DNA of 64,000 nt, taken from assembly GCA_902595175.1 (NCBI GenBank), contig CACJPB010000003.1, positions 47,586-111,585 on the forward strand. Direction: 5' to 3'. Numbering within the stretch: the stretch's first letter is position 1; each line of letters starts with the position of its first letter. This stretch comes from an uncultured Prochlorococcus sp. (GTDB lineage Bacteria > Cyanobacteriota > Cyanobacteriia > PCC-6307 > Cyanobiaceae). The notes under the pieces were generated by a model. The model did no database searches, had not been told where the DNA came from, and worked only from the letters and a program-made list of their open reading frames with translations. A program made the translations under genes and the position numbers. Shown here in pieces: positions 10,558-22,858 of the stretch.

Positions 10558-11186
10558 CAACACTTGAAACTTTAAAGTGGGATGGTAAAAAATCAGGCAA
10601 AGTTACTCTTGATTTAGCAGTTGCTAAAGCAACTTCTTCGGCAGACTTAATCCATAGAGCAGTCCTTAGACAGCTAGCAAATAAAAGACAAGGGACAGCA
10701 TCAACTTTGACAAGATCTGAAGTGCGCGGGGGGGGTAGAAAGCCCTACAAACAAAAAGGTACAGGAAGAGCTCGTCAAGGATCAATAAGGACACCCTTAA
10801 GACCTGGTGGCGGAATTATTTTTGGACCGAAGCCACGTTCTTACAATCTTGATATGAATCGTAAGGAACGTAGATTAGCTCTTAGAACAGCTCTTATGTC
10901 CAGAGTATCTGATATGAAGGCTGTTGAAGATTTTGGATCTACTTTAAAGCAGCCTAAAACAAGTGACATCATCAATGGCCTTGCTCGATTAGGTATACAA
11001 AAAACTGAAAAAGTTTTGGTTATTCTTGATAGTCCCTCCGATATTATAAAAAAATCGATTAATAATATTGAGAAAGTAAAATTAATTGCCGCTGATCAAT
11101 TAAACGTATTTGATATTCTCAATGCCAATAAATTGGTTATAGGTCAATCAGCGATAGATAAAATTCAGGAGGTTTATGCATCATGA
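10554..11186 (+). CDS. rplD: 50S ribosomal protein L4
   Basis: [15 protein letters not shown]. Confidence 0.99.
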   Translation: MTTLETLKWDGKKSGKVTLDLAVAKATSSADLIHRAVLRQLANKRQGTASTLTRSEVRGGGRKPYKQKGTGRARQGSIRTPLRPGGGIIFGPKPRSYNLDMNRKERRLALRTALMSRVSDMKAVEDFGSTLKQPKTSDIINGLARLGIQKTEKVLVILDSPSDIIKKSINNIEKVKLIAADQLNVFDILNANKLVIGQSAIDKIQEVYAS

Positions 11187-11485
11187 GTAAATTATTCGAT
11201 TCCCGTTTAGCCGATGTAATACGAAAGCCAGTTATTACTGAAAAAGCTACAAATGCACTAGATCTTAACCAATATACTTTCGAAGTAGATCATAGAGCGG
11301 CTAAACCACAAATAAAGGCAGCTATTGAAGCCTTGTTCAGTGTTAAAGTCATAGGAGTTAACACCATGAATCCTCCTAGGAGAACAAGAAGAGTCGGGAA
11401 ATTTTCCGGTAAACGTTCTCAGGTCAAGAAGGCAATTGTACGTCTTGCTGAAGGAGACAAAATCCAACTATTTCCAGAATCTTAA
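11183..11485 (+). CDS. rplW: 50S ribosomal protein L23
   Basis: PVITEKA...KKAIVRL; operon position. Confidence 0.98.
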   Translation: MSKLFDSRLADVIRKPVITEKATNALDLNQYTFEVDHRAAKPQIKAAIEALFSVKVIGVNTMNPPRRTRRVGKFSGKRSQVKKAIVRLAEGDKIQLFPES

Positions 11486-11497
11486 GGAGTTTTAATC

Positions 11498-12361
11498 ATG
11501 GCAATACGTAAATTTAAACCTTATACACCTGGCACTAGGCAGAGAGTAGTTACTGACTTTAGTGAAATCACAAGTGCAAAACCTGAAAGATCGCTAATAG
11601 TTTCAAAACATAGAGTTAAAGGCAGGAATAATCGTGGAGTTATCACTTGTCGTCATCGTGGAGGTGGTCACAAAAGGCAATATAGATTGGTTGACTTTAG
11701 AAGAGATAAAAGAAATATCAACGCTAAAGTTGCAGCTATACACTATGATCCTCATAGAAATGCAAGGTTAGCACTTTTATTTTACGAAGATGGAGAGAAA
11801 AGATATATTATCGCTCCAGCAGGAGTAAAAGTCGGACAAAATGTCATTTCTGGAGAAAGTGTTCCAATTGAAGATGGAAATGCAATGCCGCTTTCTGATA
11901 TGCCATTAGGATCTAGTGTTCATTGTGTTGAGTTATACGCAGGTAGGGGTGCTCAAATGGTTAGATCCGCAGGAGCTAGTGCTCAAGTTATGGCAAAAGA
12001 GGGAGATTATGTTGCTTTAAAACTCCCATCTACTGAGGTAAGACTTGTAAGAAAAGAATGCTACGCAACTCTTGGTGAAGTAGGTAATTCTGAAATAAGA
12101 AATACTAGCTTAGGTAAAGCAGGAAGAAGAAGATGGCTTGGAAGAAGGCCTCAAGTAAGAGGTAGTGTAATGAACCCATGTGATCATCCACATGGAGGAG
12201 GAGAGGGAAAAGCACCAATTGGTAGAGCAGGTCCAGTTACTCCATGGGGTAAGCCAGCTCTTGGACTAAAGACACGTAAAAAGAACAAACCAAGTAATAA
12301 ATTAGTTGTTCGAAGACGCCGTCGCGTTTCTAAGAGAAGTAGAGGAGGAAGAGACTCTTGA
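11498..12361 (+). CDS. rplB: 50S ribosomal protein L2
   Basis: [13 protein letters not shown]. Confidence 0.99.
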
Positions 12362-12398
12362 TTACTTCATTTATTATTTCAATTTCTATTACATAATC

Positions 12399-12677
12399 AT
12401 GGGACGTTCACTAAAAAAAGGACCTTTCATAGCAGATAGCCTGCTCAAGAAGGTAGAAAAACAAAATACCGATAATGACAAGTCTGTTATCAAAACTTGG
12501 TCAAGATCATCTACGATTTTACCTTTAATGATCGGTCACACAATCGCTGTACATAATGGCAAGACTCACATTCCAGTATTTATTACTGAACAAATGATTG
12601 GTCATAAACTCGGTGAATTTGCTCCTACACGCACTTACCGAGGTCATATAAGAGATAAGAAAGGAGCAAAATCATGA
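12399..12677 (+). CDS. rpsS: 30S ribosomal protein S19
   Basis: True start is ATG at 12399 ([10 protein letters not shown]), shorter than the ORF-track call; [11 protein letters not shown]. Confidence 0.98.
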
Positions 12678-13060
12678 CAAAAACACCTGAAACAACAAAA
12701 ACAGCAATTGCTCATGGGAATTATGTTCGCGGATCAGCCTCTAAAGTGAGAAGAGTTTTGGATCAGATAAGGGGTAGATCTTATAGAGATGCATTGATTA
12801 TGTTGGAATTTATGCCTTATAGATCTACAGACCCCATTACTAAAGTTCTAAGATCTGCTGTTGCCAATGCAGAACATAACCTTGGAATGGATCCATCTAC
12901 CCTAGTTATTTCCTCTGCATGGGCTAATAGTGGTCCAGTAATGAAAAGGTATAGACCCAGAGCTCAAGGTCGAGCTTTTTCAATTAAAAAACAGACTTGC
13001 CACATCAGTATTTCTGTTGAGCCTGCTCCTACTCAAATTAATGCGGAGGTACAAAACTAA
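12674..13060 (+). CDS. rplV: 50S ribosomal protein L22
   Basis: [17 protein letters not shown]. Confidence 0.98.
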
Positions 13061-13791
13061 TGGGACATAAAATACATCCTTCTGGACTAAGATTAGGAAT
13101 TACACAAGAGCATCGCTCTAAGTGGTTTGCTACTTCTAAAACATATCCAATTCTTCTCCAAGAAGATTTTAAAATTCGTACCTTCATACAAAAAAAATAT
13201 GGAGCAGCAGGAATTAGCGATGTCTTGATAGCAAGAAAAGCTGACCAACTGGAACTTGAATTAAAAACAGCAAGACCAGGAGTTATAGTTGGAAGACAAG
13301 GAAGTGGTATTGAAGAATTAAGATCTGGCATTCAAAAAACTATAGGTGATAGAACAAGGCAAGTTAGAATAAACGTTGTTGAAGTTGAACGTGTAGACGC
13401 TGATGCTTTTTTACTAGCTGAATATATTGCTCAACAACTAGAAAAAAGAGTCGCCTTTAGAAGAACTATTAGGATGGCCTTACAAAGGGCTCAAAGGGCT
13501 GGAGTCCTAGGTCTTAAAATTCAAGTAGGGGGAAGGTTGAATGGTGCTGAAATAGCCAGAACTGAATGGACTAGAGAAGGTAGAGTACCTTTACATACTT
13601 TGAGAGCTGAAATTGACTACGCAACACGTGAAGCTAATACTACTTACGGTGTTCTAGGAATTAAAGTTTGGGTTTTCAAAGGTGAAGTTCTCCCTAAAGA
13701 AGAACAAACTATCCCTGTGGGTGCGAGCCCTAAGAGGAAAGCTAGTAGAAGACCTCAGCAATTTGAGGATCGTTCAAATGAGAATTCATAG
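13060..13791 (+). CDS. rpsC: 30S ribosomal protein S3
   Basis: [23 protein letters not shown]. Confidence 0.99.
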   Translation: MGHKIHPSGLRLGITQEHRSKWFATSKTYPILLQEDFKIRTFIQKKYGAAGISDVLIARKADQLELELKTARPGVIVGRQGSGIEELRSGIQKTIGDRTRQVRINVVEVERVDADAFLLAEYIAQQLEKRVAFRRTIRMALQRAQRAGVLGLKIQVGGRLNGAEIARTEWTREGRVPLHTLRAEIDYATREANTTYGVLGIKVWVFKGEVLPKEEQTIPVGASPKRKASRRPQQFEDRSNENS

Positions 13792-13802
13792 GAGGTATAA
13801 AA

Positions 13803-14285
13803 ATGCTTAGTCCAAAACGTACTAAATTCCGTAAACAACATAGAGGCAGAATGAGGGGTGTAGCCTCAAAAGGTAATACTATTGCATTCGGTCAATTTGC
13901 TCTCCAAGCTCAAGACTGTGGCTGGGTAACTGCACGTCAGATTGAAGCAAGTAGAAGAGCAATGACAAGATATATCAAACGTGGCGGACAAATATGGATA
14001 AGAATATTTCCTGATAAACCTGTAACCATGAGACCTGCCGAAACTAGAATGGGTTCTGGTAAAGGCAATCCGGAGTTTTGGGTTGCAGTTGTAAAACCAG
14101 GAAGAATACTTTTTGAGATGGGTGGTGATGATATCACTGAGGAAATAGCAAAGGAAGCTATGCGTCTGGCTCAATATAAACTTCCTGTAAAAACTAAATT
14201 TATTTCTAAAGACAAAAATCTAGAAGACTGCTCCCAAGAAAATACAAATAATAGTAAAAAATCTCAAAAGGAGGTTAAACAATGA
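13803..14285 (+). CDS. rplP: 50S ribosomal protein L16
   Basis: [18 protein letters not shown]. Confidence 0.99.
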   Translation: MLSPKRTKFRKQHRGRMRGVASKGNTIAFGQFALQAQDCGWVTARQIEASRRAMTRYIKRGGQIWIRIFPDKPVTMRPAETRMGSGKGNPEFWVAVVKPGRILFEMGGDDITEEIAKEAMRLAQYKLPVKTKFISKDKNLEDCSQENTNNSKKSQKEVKQ

Positions 14286-14500
14286 AAAACTCAGAGTCTC
14301 TTAAAGAATTTAAAAAATTAAATTCTGATCAAATTTCTGAAAAAATTGACCAATTACGAAAAGATCTTTTTGATTTGAGATTCAAGCAAGCTACGAGACA
14401 GCTTAATGAAACTCATAAATTTAAAATTATCAAGAAACAAGTTGCACAATTACTAACTCTCAGTAAGAGTCAATCTGCTTCTAAAACTACTTCTGATTAA
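14282..14500 (+). CDS. rpmC: 50S ribosomal protein L29
   Basis: [13 protein letters not shown]; operon position. Confidence 0.96.
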   Translation: MKNSESLKEFKKLNSDQISEKIDQLRKDLFDLRFKQATRQLNETHKFKIIKKQVAQLLTLSKSQSASKTTSD

Positions 14501-14509
14501 TTATTAGTT

Positions 14510-14776
14510 ATGGCACTTAAAGAAAGAATTGGTACTGTTGTAAGCGACAAAATGGACAAAACAGTTGTCGTTGCTGTTATTAACAGATATCCACATCCTA
14601 CTTATAAAAAAATTGTAAGTAGAACTACGCGATATAAGGCGCATGACCCCGAAAATACTTGTGTTTTAGGGGATCGAGTTAAAATTAGAGAAACTAGACC
14701 GCTCAGCGCTCATAAAAGATGGGCAATAGAAGAGATTCTTAATAAAACCAGTCAGGCTAAGGAGGTTAAAAAATGA
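14510..14776 (+). CDS. rpsQ: 30S ribosomal protein S17
   Basis: [17 protein letters not shown]. Confidence 0.99.
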   Translation: MALKERIGTVVSDKMDKTVVVAVINRYPHPTYKKIVSRTTRYKAHDPENTCVLGDRVKIRETRPLSAHKRWAIEEILNKTSQAKEVKK

Positions 14777-15138
14777 TCCAACAAGAAACTTATTTAACAG
14801 TAGCTGATAATAGCGGAGCGAAAAGAATCCAATGTATTAGAGTTTTAGGCTCTAATAGAAGATACGCACACGTTGGTGATGTTATCGTCGCAACTGTTAA
14901 GGATGCTCTTCCGAATATGGGAGTTAAGAAATCTGAGGTCGTGAAAGCTGTTATCGTTAGAACAAAAGCAACATTAAGAAGAAATACTGGTAATTCAATC
15001 AGATTTGATGATAATGCTGCAGTTTTGATTAATGAAGATAAGAATCCAAAAGGCACCAGAGTTTTTGGTCCTGTAGCTAGAGAACTGCGGGATAAAAATT
15101 ATACTAAAATTGTTTCTCTTGCTCCGGAGGTGATTTAA
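14773..15138 (+). CDS. rplN: 50S ribosomal protein L14
   Basis: [15 protein letters not shown]. Confidence 0.99.
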   Translation: MIQQETYLTVADNSGAKRIQCIRVLGSNRRYAHVGDVIVATVKDALPNMGVKKSEVVKAVIVRTKATLRRNTGNSIRFDDNAAVLINEDKNPKGTRVFGPVARELRDKNYTKIVSLAPEVI

Positions 15139-15495
15139 ATGTTGGATTCATTAAAACAAAAGAAGAATTTCCAAAGAATAAAAATGAGAATCAAAACTGG
15201 TGATTTAGTAAAGGTAATTAACGGAAAGGAAAAAGGCAAAACTGGAGAAGTTTTAAAAACTATACCTCTTGAAAATAGAGTTGTAGTTAAAGGAATTAAC
15301 CTTAGGACTAAACATGTAAAACCAACTCAGGAAGGAGAAACAGGGAGAATACTCACAGAAGAGGCATCTTTACATGCATCAAATGTAATGTTCTTTTCAA
15401 AGGAAAAAAATCTAACAAGTAAGATTGAATACTTTATTGATAAAGAGGGAGTTAAGAAAAGAAGACTGAAGAAAACTGGTGAAGTAATTGATTAA
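15139..15495 (+). CDS. rplX: 50S ribosomal protein L24
   Basis: KOW motif [21 protein letters not shown]. Confidence 0.98.
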   Translation: MLDSLKQKKNFQRIKMRIKTGDLVKVINGKEKGKTGEVLKTIPLENRVVVKGINLRTKHVKPTQEGETGRILTEEASLHASNVMFFSKEKNLTSKIEYFIDKEGVKKRRLKKTGEVID

Positions 15496-15571
15496 TTTTT
15501 CATCAGAAACCAGATTTAAACTTTTCCTAATTTATCAATTCTGACAAAGACCAGGATTAACAAAAAAAATT

Positions 15572-16111
15572 ATGACTTTAAAAAATCGCTACAAAGAATC
15601 AATTAGACCAAAACTTTTAAAGGAACTTGGTCTTAAAAATATTCATCAAGTACCTAAAGTTGTCAAAGTCAACGTTAATAGAGGTCTTGGTGAAGCTGCT
15701 TCAAATTCAAAAGCTTTAGAGGCTTCCTTAAACGAAATGGCAACAATTACAGGACAAAAGGCTTTAGTAACTAGGGCCAAAAAAGCTATTGCGGGTTTCA
15801 AAATTCGTGAAGGTATGCCAATTGGTTGTACTGTAACTTTGAGAGGTGACAGGATGTATTCCTTTTTAGAGAGATTTATAAATCTAGCTTTACCAAGAAT
15901 AAGAGACTTTAGAGGAGTTAATCCAAAAAGTTTCGATGGGAGAGGTAATTACACCGTTGGAGTGAAAGAGCAATTAATTTTTCCTGAAATCTCTTTTGAT
16001 AAAATAGATTCAATAAGAGGTATGGATATAACTATTGTCACTAGTGCGAAATCTGATCAAGAGGGTAAGGCTCTCTTGCAAGAGTTAGGAATGCCTTTTA
16101 GTAAGAATTAA
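15572..16111 (+). CDS. rplE: 50S ribosomal protein L5
   Basis: [16 protein letters not shown]. Confidence 0.99.
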   Translation: MTLKNRYKESIRPKLLKELGLKNIHQVPKVVKVNVNRGLGEAASNSKALEASLNEMATITGQKALVTRAKKAIAGFKIREGMPIGCTVTLRGDRMYSFLERFINLALPRIRDFRGVNPKSFDGRGNYTVGVKEQLIFPEISFDKIDSIRGMDITIVTSAKSDQEGKALLQELGMPFSKN

Positions 16112-16120
16112 TTTAAAACC

Positions 16121-16522
16121 ATGTCAAATCACGATCCTATTTCAGATATGCTTACTCGAATCAGAAATGCGAGTCAAAAAAAGCATACAACCACAACAAT
16201 CCCAAGTTCAAAAATGTCCCTAAGTATTGCAAAAGTGCTTCAAAAAGAGGGGTTCATTTCAGAAATTAACGAGGAAGGTGAAGGCTATAAATCACAAATA
16301 ATACTTGGGCTGAAATATAGTGGAAAAAATAAATTCCCTACTATTCGATCCATGCAAAGAGTTAGTAAACCTGGTTTGAGAATTTATAAAAATACTAGAG
16401 CTTTACCAAAAGTTCTTGGTGGTCTTGGAGTTGCTATCATATCGACTTCTAAAGGTGTCATGAGTGATCGTGATGCCAGGAAGCAAGGTATAGGTGGTGA
16501 AGTACTTTGCTATGTTTATTAA
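16121..16522 (+). CDS. rpsH: 30S ribosomal protein S8
   Basis: [19 protein letters not shown]. Confidence 0.99.
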   Translation: MSNHDPISDMLTRIRNASQKKHTTTTIPSSKMSLSIAKVLQKEGFISEINEEGEGYKSQIILGLKYSGKNKFPTIRSMQRVSKPGLRIYKNTRALPKVLGGLGVAIISTSKGVMSDRDARKQGIGGEVLCYVY

Positions 16523-16534
16523 GGAGGATTAATC

Positions 16535-17074
16535 ATGTCAAGAATCGGAAAAACACCAGTACTGATCCCAGATAAAGTAACTGTTGACTTTGATGGATTA
16601 ACAGTTACGGTTAAAGGCCCTAAGGGTGAATTAAAACGTCTCATGCCTGAGGGAGTTAGTTTTGATAAAAAAGATAATACTGTTGTCGTAAGTCCCACCA
16701 CTACCAAAATATTCTCAAGGCAAAGACATGGTTTATGTAGAGCCTTAATTGCAAATATGGTTGAAGGTGTTAGTCAAGGTTTTTCAAAAAAACTGGAAAT
16801 TGTTGGAGTTGGATCTAGAGCACAAGTAAAAGGTAAAAATCTAGTTGTTAGTGCAGGATATAGTCATCCTATAGAAATGATCCCCCCTGATGGTATAACA
16901 TACAAAGTTGACAGTAATACAAACGTTACCGTATCTGGAATTGATAAGGAAATTGTTGGCAATGAAGCAGCAAAAATCAGATCAATTAGACCCCCAGAGC
17001 CATATAAAGGTAAAGGAATAAAATACCAGGATGAGAGAATTCTCAGAAAAGCTGGTAAATCTGGCAAAAAATAA
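16535..17074 (+). CDS. rplF: 50S ribosomal protein L6
   Basis: [15 protein letters not shown]. Confidence 0.99.
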   Translation: MSRIGKTPVLIPDKVTVDFDGLTVTVKGPKGELKRLMPEGVSFDKKDNTVVVSPTTTKIFSRQRHGLCRALIANMVEGVSQGFSKKLEIVGVGSRAQVKGKNLVVSAGYSHPIEMIPPDGITYKVDSNTNVTVSGIDKEIVGNEAAKIRSIRPPEPYKGKGIKYQDERILRKAGKSGKK

Positions 17075-17088
17075 TTCCAATTAAAAAA

Positions 17089-17457
17089 ATGACCAAACTT
17101 TCAAGGAAATTACAAACTCAAAAAAGACATAGAAGATTAAGAAGATTCTTAATTGGAGATGCTACGCGTCCTAGACTGTCTGTTTTTCGTTCTAATAACC
17201 ATATTTATGCCCAGGTTATAGATGATAGCGCTCAAAAAACTATTTGTTCAGCTTCAACTATTGATAAAGAACTTAGAGAAAAATCTGAGAAATTGCCCTC
17301 TGATTGTAATTCCTCATCCATTGTTGGAAAATTATTAGCAAAAAGAGCTATAAAAAAAGGTATTAAGCAAGTAATTTTTGACCGTGGAGGTAATTTATAT
17401 CACGGTAGAGTGAAGGCACTTGCTGACGCTGCTCGTGAAGCTGGCCTTGAATTCTAA
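17089..17457 (+). CDS. rplR: 50S ribosomal protein L18
   Basis: [20 protein letters not shown]. Confidence 0.99.
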   Translation: MTKLSRKLQTQKRHRRLRRFLIGDATRPRLSVFRSNNHIYAQVIDDSAQKTICSASTIDKELREKSEKLPSDCNSSSIVGKLLAKRAIKKGIKQVIFDRGGNLYHGRVKALADAAREAGLEF

Positions 17458-17474
17458 TTTTTTTAATTTTTACT

Positions 17475-18095
17475 ATGACTGACACTCCAACAAAACAAGA
17501 AATTCAACCCAAAAATGATAACGTACCAGGAGCTATGCCTGGTGAACAAAAAAAGAATAATCGAAATGATCGCAAAAGAAACAAAAGAGGTGATTCAAAA
17601 AACCTTGAAAGAGATTCTGATTGGCAAGAAAGGGTTGTTCAAATAAGACGTGTATCGAAAACTGTTAAGGGCGGAAAAAAAATGAGTTTTAGAGCAATAG
17701 TCGTTGTTGGTAATGAGAAAGGTCAAGTCGGAGTTGGGGTTGGTAAAGCTGGTGATGTTATTGGTGCAGTTAGAAAGGGAGTCTCAGATGGTAAAAAGAA
17801 TCTTGTCAGAGTTCCATTAACGCCAAATAACTCAATACCAACTTTATCTTTAGGTAGTGATGGTGCTGCTAACGTCTTGATTAGGCCTGCGGCTCCAGGT
17901 ACAGGTGTAATTGCTGGCGGTTCAATTAGAACGGTTTTAGAATTAGCTGGTATAAAAAATGTCTTAGCAAAAAGGTTGGGCAGTAAAACACCCTTGAATA
18001 ATGCAAGAGCTGCTATGGTAGCTCTTGCTCAATTGAGAACACATAAATCTGTTTCAAGGGAGAGAGGCATCTCACTTGAACAGCTCTACTCTTAA
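17475..18095 (+). CDS. rpsE: 30S ribosomal protein S5
   Basis: [19 protein letters not shown]. Confidence 0.99.
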   Translation: MTDTPTKQEIQPKNDNVPGAMPGEQKKNNRNDRKRNKRGDSKNLERDSDWQERVVQIRRVSKTVKGGKKMSFRAIVVVGNEKGQVGVGVGKAGDVIGAVRKGVSDGKKNLVRVPLTPNNSIPTLSLGSDGAANVLIRPAAPGTGVIAGGSIRTVLELAGIKNVLAKRLGSKTPLNNARAAMVALAQLRTHKSVSRERGISLEQLYS

Positions 18096-18100
18096 AAATC

Positions 18101-18559
18101 ATGACTTCAACACTAAATACACTTAAATCAAACTCCGGCTCTAGAAAGAAAAAATTAAGAAAGGGTAGAGGTATTGCAGCTGGTCAAGGTGCTTCATGTG
18201 GTTTTGGAATGAGAGGACAAAAGTCACGTTCTGGAAGACCGACACGTCCAGGTTTTGAAGGTGGCCAAATGCCCTTATATAGAAGAGTTCCAAAATTAAA
18301 GCACTTTGAAATAATTAATCAAAAGAACTTTTCTATAATTAATTTACAAAAATTAAACGATTTCAAAGATAACGATACTGTCAACCTAGACTCACTAGTT
18401 AAGAAAGGATTGATCTTCAAGCCCAAATTCCCTTTAAAAATTCTTGGTAATGGAAAACTTAGTGTAAAGTTAAAAATTCAAGCTCATGCATTCACAAAAG
18501 TTGCAAAACAAAAAATTGAAGACGCAGGTGGATCCTGCGAGCTTATAAATAATAAATAA
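18101..18559 (+). CDS. rplO: 50S ribosomal protein L15
   Basis: [12 protein letters not shown]. Confidence 0.99.
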   Translation: MTSTLNTLKSNSGSRKKKLRKGRGIAAGQGASCGFGMRGQKSRSGRPTRPGFEGGQMPLYRRVPKLKHFEIINQKNFSIINLQKLNDFKDNDTVNLDSLVKKGLIFKPKFPLKILGNGKLSVKLKIQAHAFTKVAKQKIEDAGGSCELINNK

Positions 18560-18588
18560 ATTTGCTAAAAATTTAGGTAGGCTTCAAA

Positions 18589-19908
18589 ATGTTTGTCAAC
18601 AAAAGTAGAAATCCTGGCGCTTCTGAAATCCTTTCCCAATTATTTTTGAATAAAGAGCTAAGGAATAGAGTTTTAACAACTTTAGGTCTTCTCCTTTTAG
18701 TAAGACTCGGTATCTATATCCCCATGCCTGGTATTGATAGGGTTGCTTTTAAAAGTTTTATAGACCAAGGGGGTCAATTAATAGGTTTTTTAGATATTTT
18801 TACTGGAGGAGGAATTTCAACCTTAGGAATATTCGCATTAGGGATACTTCCCTTTATCAACGCATCAATTATTATTCAGCTTCTCACAGCTTCATTACCT
18901 GTGCTTGAAGATTTACAAAAAAATGAAGGAGAAGCGGGAAGAAGAAAAATTGCTCAAATAACTAGATACGTTTCATTAGGATGGGGGTTTTTGCAAAGTA
19001 TAATTTTTTCCTTAATCCTCAGACAATATGCTATTGAAGGGATAAGTGAAACTACATTTGTCTTACAAACCTCCATTGCCTTAGTTACTGGTTCAATGTT
19101 GGTAATGTGGTTTAGTGAAATTATTACGGAGAAAGGAATAGGTCAAGGTGCTTCACTGGTAATTTTTTTGAATATTGTTTCGACATTACCTAAGGCTTTA
19201 AGTTCAACCATTGAAAAAGCTCAAACTGGCGATAGAGGAGATGTTTTAGGCATAGCTGTTTTACTGGGAGTATTTTTACTGACAATTGTTGGGATAATTT
19301 TTGTTCAAGAGGGTGCAAGACGCATTCCTATTGTTAGCGCAAAAAGGCAAATAGGAAATTCAACACTTCTTCCTACAAGGCAAAGTTATTTACCTTTGAA
19401 ATTAAATGCAGGAGGAGTCATGCCTATCATATTTGCATCTGCTTTAATCTTTTTACCTATAACTATTGCAAATGTTACCGGCAATCCAGTCTTAATTAAG
19501 TTAGCAAGCAGTTTAAATCCCGGTTCTTCTAATCCATGGCCATATGCTCTTACATTCTTCTCCTTGATTTTGGGGTTCTCTTATTTTTATGCATCTCTTA
19601 CCATCAATCCAGTTGATGTTGCTTCAAATTTAAAGAAAGGAGGAGTAGCGATACCAGGAGTTAGACCAGGAACTAATACAGCAAACTACCTATCAGGAAT
19701 ACAAAATAGGTTGACATTATTGGGAGGATTATTTCTGGGTTCAGTCGCTATAATCCCTGCTGCAGTAGAAAGAGCTACAAATGTTCAAACCTTTCAAGGT
19801 TTAGGAGCAACTTCGTTACTTATTCTTGTGGGCGTTGCTATAGATACTGCTAAGCAAATTCAAACTTATGTTATTTCACAAAGGTATGAGGGACTAATTA
19901 ATAATTAA
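18589..19908 (+). CDS. secY: Preprotein translocase subunit SecY
   Basis: Multi-TM protein, [20 protein letters not shown]. Confidence 0.99.
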   Translation: MFVNKSRNPGASEILSQLFLNKELRNRVLTTLGLLLLVRLGIYIPMPGIDRVAFKSFIDQGGQLIGFLDIFTGGGISTLGIFALGILPFINASIIIQLLTASLPVLEDLQKNEGEAGRRKIAQITRYVSLGWGFLQSIIFSLILRQYAIEGISETTFVLQTSIALVTGSMLVMWFSEIITEKGIGQGASLVIFLNIVSTLPKALSSTIEKAQTGDRGDVLGIAVLLGVFLLTIVGIIFVQEGARRIPIVSAKRQIGNSTLLPTRQSYLPLKLNAGGVMPIIFASALIFLPITIANVTGNPVLIKLASSLNPGSSNPWPYALTFFSLILGFSYFYASLTINPVDVASNLKKGGVAIPGVRPGTNTANYLSGIQNRLTLLGGLFLGSVAIIPAAVERATNVQTFQGLGATSLLILVGVAIDTAKQIQTYVISQRYEGLINN

Positions 19909-20456
19909 TGAAGAAACATTTACTATTTTTAGGAGCCCCTGGAGCAGGGAAAGGGACTCAAGCAGAATTGCTAAGTCAAACTAATTCTTACTTGCACCTT
20001 TCCACTGGTGAGTTATTAAGAAAAGAAATCGAAATGAATACTACCCTTGGTATTCAGGTAAAGGATATTATGAACCGAGGGGAACTTGTTAGTGATGAAC
20101 TCGTATTAAAAATAGTAAGACAAAATTTAATTAAGGATAATAAGGGTTGGATTCTAGATGGTTACCCAAGGAATTTATCTCAAGCAAATTCATTGAATGA
20201 AGTCTTAACTGAAATAAATCAACCTTTAGAAGTGGTTTTTTATTTAGATATTCCAGAAGAAGTGCTAATTAAGCGTCTGCTTTTAAGAGGCAGAAAAGAT
20301 GATACAGAAGAGACAATTAGAAAAAGAGTTGATATTTATAAAAAAACTACAGAACCCTTGATTCAATATTTTAAAGATCTCTCATTGTTAGAATATATTA
20401 ATGCTGATAGAGATTTAAAAACCATTTCCTCTGATATCAAACAAAAAATGGCTTGA
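19908..20456 (+). CDS. adk: Adenylate kinase (short LID type)
   Basis: [23 protein letters not shown]. Confidence 0.98.
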   Translation: MKKHLLFLGAPGAGKGTQAELLSQTNSYLHLSTGELLRKEIEMNTTLGIQVKDIMNRGELVSDELVLKIVRQNLIKDNKGWILDGYPRNLSQANSLNEVLTEINQPLEVVFYLDIPEEVLIKRLLLRGRKDDTEETIRKRVDIYKKTTEPLIQYFKDLSLLEYINADRDLKTISSDIKQKMA

Positions 20457-20502
20457 TGATGATGTAGAATATAGTATTAACGTTTTATTTGTTAAACCCC
20501 CT

Positions 20503-20619
20503 ATGAAGGTCAGATCTTCAGTCAAAAAAATTAGTCCTGACGATCAGATCGTGAGGAGAAGAGGTAAAATCTATGTTATTAACAAGAAAAGACCTCGTAA
20601 TAAACAGCGTCAGGGTTAA
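20503..20619 (+). CDS. rpmJ: 50S ribosomal protein L36, cysteine-free form (not in ORF track)
   Basis: Own translation [38 protein letters not shown]; canonical position before rpsM. Confidence 0.96.
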   Translation: MKVRSSVKKISPDDQIVRRRGKIYVINKKRPRNKQRQG

Positions 20620-20660
20620 ATTTCAACCCTTAAATTCAAACTTTTACTTATTCAAAACAC

Positions 20661-21026
20661 GTGGCCAGGATTGCAGGAATTGACATACCTCGCGAAAAGC
20701 GAGTGGAAATTGCACTTACATACGTCTATGGAATTGGTTTAACGAGATCAAAGCTAATTCTTGCTAATACAGGGGTAAACCCTGATACTCGCGTCAAAGA
20801 CCTTTCAGATTCTGATGTTCAAAAGCTTAGAGGTGCTACAGAAGAATTCACTTTAGAAGGTGATTTGAGAAGAAAAGAGGGAATGGCTTTAAAACGTCTA
20901 CAAGATATAGGTTGTGTAAGAGGCAGAAGACATAGAATGAGTCTTCCAGTAAGAGGCCAAAGAACTAGAACCAATGCTAGAACAAGACGTGGATCTAGGA
21001 AAACAGTTGCTGGAAGAAAAAAATAA
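20661..21026 (+). CDS. rpsM: 30S ribosomal protein S13
   Basis: [19 protein letters not shown]; GTG start. Confidence 0.99.
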   Translation: MARIAGIDIPREKRVEIALTYVYGIGLTRSKLILANTGVNPDTRVKDLSDSDVQKLRGATEEFTLEGDLRRKEGMALKRLQDIGCVRGRRHRMSLPVRGQRTRTNARTRRGSRKTVAGRKK

Positions 21027-21070
21027 ATAACTAAATCTATTTACAAATTAAAGTATTAAATTAAAACATC

Positions 21071-21463
21071 ATGGCAGCTACAGTAAAAAAAACAGGTTCA
21101 AAGAAATCTAAACGTAATGTACCTAATGGTGTGGTACATATCCAAAGCACATTTAATAATACTATCGTCTCAATTTCTGATACTTCTGGCCATGTAATTT
21201 CATGGTCTTCTGCTGGCGCAAGTGGATTTAAAGGCGCTCGTAAGGGTACGCCATTTGCTGCTCAAACAGCTGCTGAAGCTGCAGCTAGAAGAGCACTTGA
21301 TCAAGGTATGAGACAAATAGAAGTACTTGTTAGAGGACCTGGCGCAGGTAGGGAAACGGCCATAAGAGCTTTACAAGTGGCCGGATTAGAAATAACTCTA
21401 ATAAGAGATGTAACTCCATTACCTCATAATGGATGTAGGAGACCTAAACGGAGACGCGTTTAG
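21071..21463 (+). CDS. rpsK: 30S ribosomal protein S11
   Basis: [11 protein letters not shown]. Confidence 0.99.
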   Translation: MAATVKKTGSKKSKRNVPNGVVHIQSTFNNTIVSISDTSGHVISWSSAGASGFKGARKGTPFAAQTAAEAAARRALDQGMRQIEVLVRGPGAGRETAIRALQVAGLEITLIRDVTPLPHNGCRRPKRRRV

Positions 21464-21517
21464 GTCTTAACCATTCTCAACCCCCCCAAAAAAAAACTCT
21501 TAACCTCATTATTTTCC

Positions 21518-22456
21518 GTGTTGCAATACCAGATTGAAAGAATCGACCATCAAATAGCAGATGATCGCTCCCAAACAGGAACTTTTTTAATTGGCCCTCT
21601 AGAGAGGGGACAAGCTACAACTTTGGGTAATTCCCTAAGAAGAGTCCTTATGGGAGGACTTGAAGGGAGTGCAGTTACTGCAGTAAGAATAGCAGGAATT
21701 AATCATGAATATGCCACTATTCCTGGAGTTAGAGAAGATGTTTTAGATATTCTTCTTAATTGCAAGCAACTATCAATAAATAGTTCTAATCCAGAGCTCG
21801 AAATCGGCAGGTTAGTAGCGACTGGTCCAATGCAGGTGAAGGCGAATGACATCCAATTCTCATCTCAAGTTGAAATTGTTGATGGCGAAAAACCAATCGC
21901 GACTATTCAGGAGGGTCATAACTTAGAATTGGAAATCCATGTTGAAAGAGGTGTTGGATATAGGCCGGTCGACCGTAAGAGTGAAGAGACAACTGCTATT
22001 GATTTGCTTCAAATAGATGCTGTATTTATGCCGGTGAAGAGAGTGAATTTTACGATTGATGAAACCGCTGTAGCAGAAGGCGGAACAGGAAGAGAAAGAT
22101 TAAAAATGGAAGTAGTAACAGATGGCTCAACAAGTCCTGATGATGCTATTGCTGAAGCTGCAAATCAATTAATAGAACTCTTTCAGCCCCTCGCAACTGT
22201 CACAATGGTAGAGGAAATTCCTGAGGAACCTGAACCATCTCCCGAAGCTCAAATTCCTCTCGAGGAACTAAACTTGTCCGTTAGAGCATATAATTGTTTG
22301 AAACGGGCGCAAGTTAACTCAGTTTCGGATTTAATGGGCTTCAGTTATGAAGATCTTCTTGAAATTAAGAACTTTGGCTCTAAATCTGCAGATGAGGTTA
22401 TTGAAGCTCTCGAGCGCATTGGCATTTCTATTCCACAAAGCAGAACATCTGTTTAA
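21518..22456 (+). CDS. rpoA: RNA polymerase alpha subunit
   Basis: [32 protein letters not shown]. Confidence 0.99.
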   Translation: MLQYQIERIDHQIADDRSQTGTFLIGPLERGQATTLGNSLRRVLMGGLEGSAVTAVRIAGINHEYATIPGVREDVLDILLNCKQLSINSSNPELEIGRLVATGPMQVKANDIQFSSQVEIVDGEKPIATIQEGHNLELEIHVERGVGYRPVDRKSEETTAIDLLQIDAVFMPVKRVNFTIDETAVAEGGTGRERLKMEVVTDGSTSPDDAIAEAANQLIELFQPLATVTMVEEIPEEPEPSPEAQIPLEELNLSVRAYNCLKRAQVNSVSDLMGFSYEDLLEIKNFGSKSADEVIEALERIGISIPQSRTSV

Positions 22457-22470
22457 CAATTATTAAGACT

Positions 22471-22821
22471 ATGAGACACCAACTTAGAATTCCATTATTA
22501 AGTAAACCTGCTGACCAGAGGAAAGCACTTCTAAGGGGTTTAACTACACAATTAATTAGGGAAGGTAGGGTAACGACAACAAAATCTAGGGCAAAAGCTT
22601 TAAGAAATGAAGCTGAAAGAATGATTTCACTAGCCAAAGATGGAAGTTTGGCTTCTAGAAGAAGGGCTATTGGATATATTTATGATAAAAAATTAGTTCA
22701 TTCGTTATTTGAAAAAGCAAAAGAAAGATATGGGGACAGAAATGGTGGCTATACACGCATAGTTAGAACTGTATCTAGAAAAGGTGATAACGCACAGATG
22801 GCCATAATAGAGCTTGTTTAA
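22471..22821 (+). CDS. rplQ: 50S ribosomal protein L17
   Basis: MRH..., GGYTRI, GDNAQMA. Confidence 0.99.
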   Translation: MRHQLRIPLLSKPADQRKALLRGLTTQLIREGRVTTTKSRAKALRNEAERMISLAKDGSLASRRRAIGYIYDKKLVHSLFEKAKERYGDRNGGYTRIVRTVSRKGDNAQMAIIELV

Positions 22822-22858
22822 GTTTGATAATAAAGGGGTTTTTACTAAATAATAACTT

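Noticed and set aside
10728-10735. G8 run in rplD as a phase-variation tract
   Set aside because: It encodes the conserved RGGG motif of essential L4, in frame.
12306-12398. N-terminal extension of S19 in the ORF track
   Set aside because: It overlaps the end of rplB; the conserved S19 sequence begins at ATG 12399.
15572-18559. Absence of rpsN and rpmD from the spc cluster, and rpsJ located after tuf
   Set aside because: This is the ordinary cyanobacterial gene arrangement.
21481-21496. C7A9 homopolymer upstream of rpoA
   Set aside because: It is short and intergenic within a core operon; a single sequence gives no evidence of variability or function.
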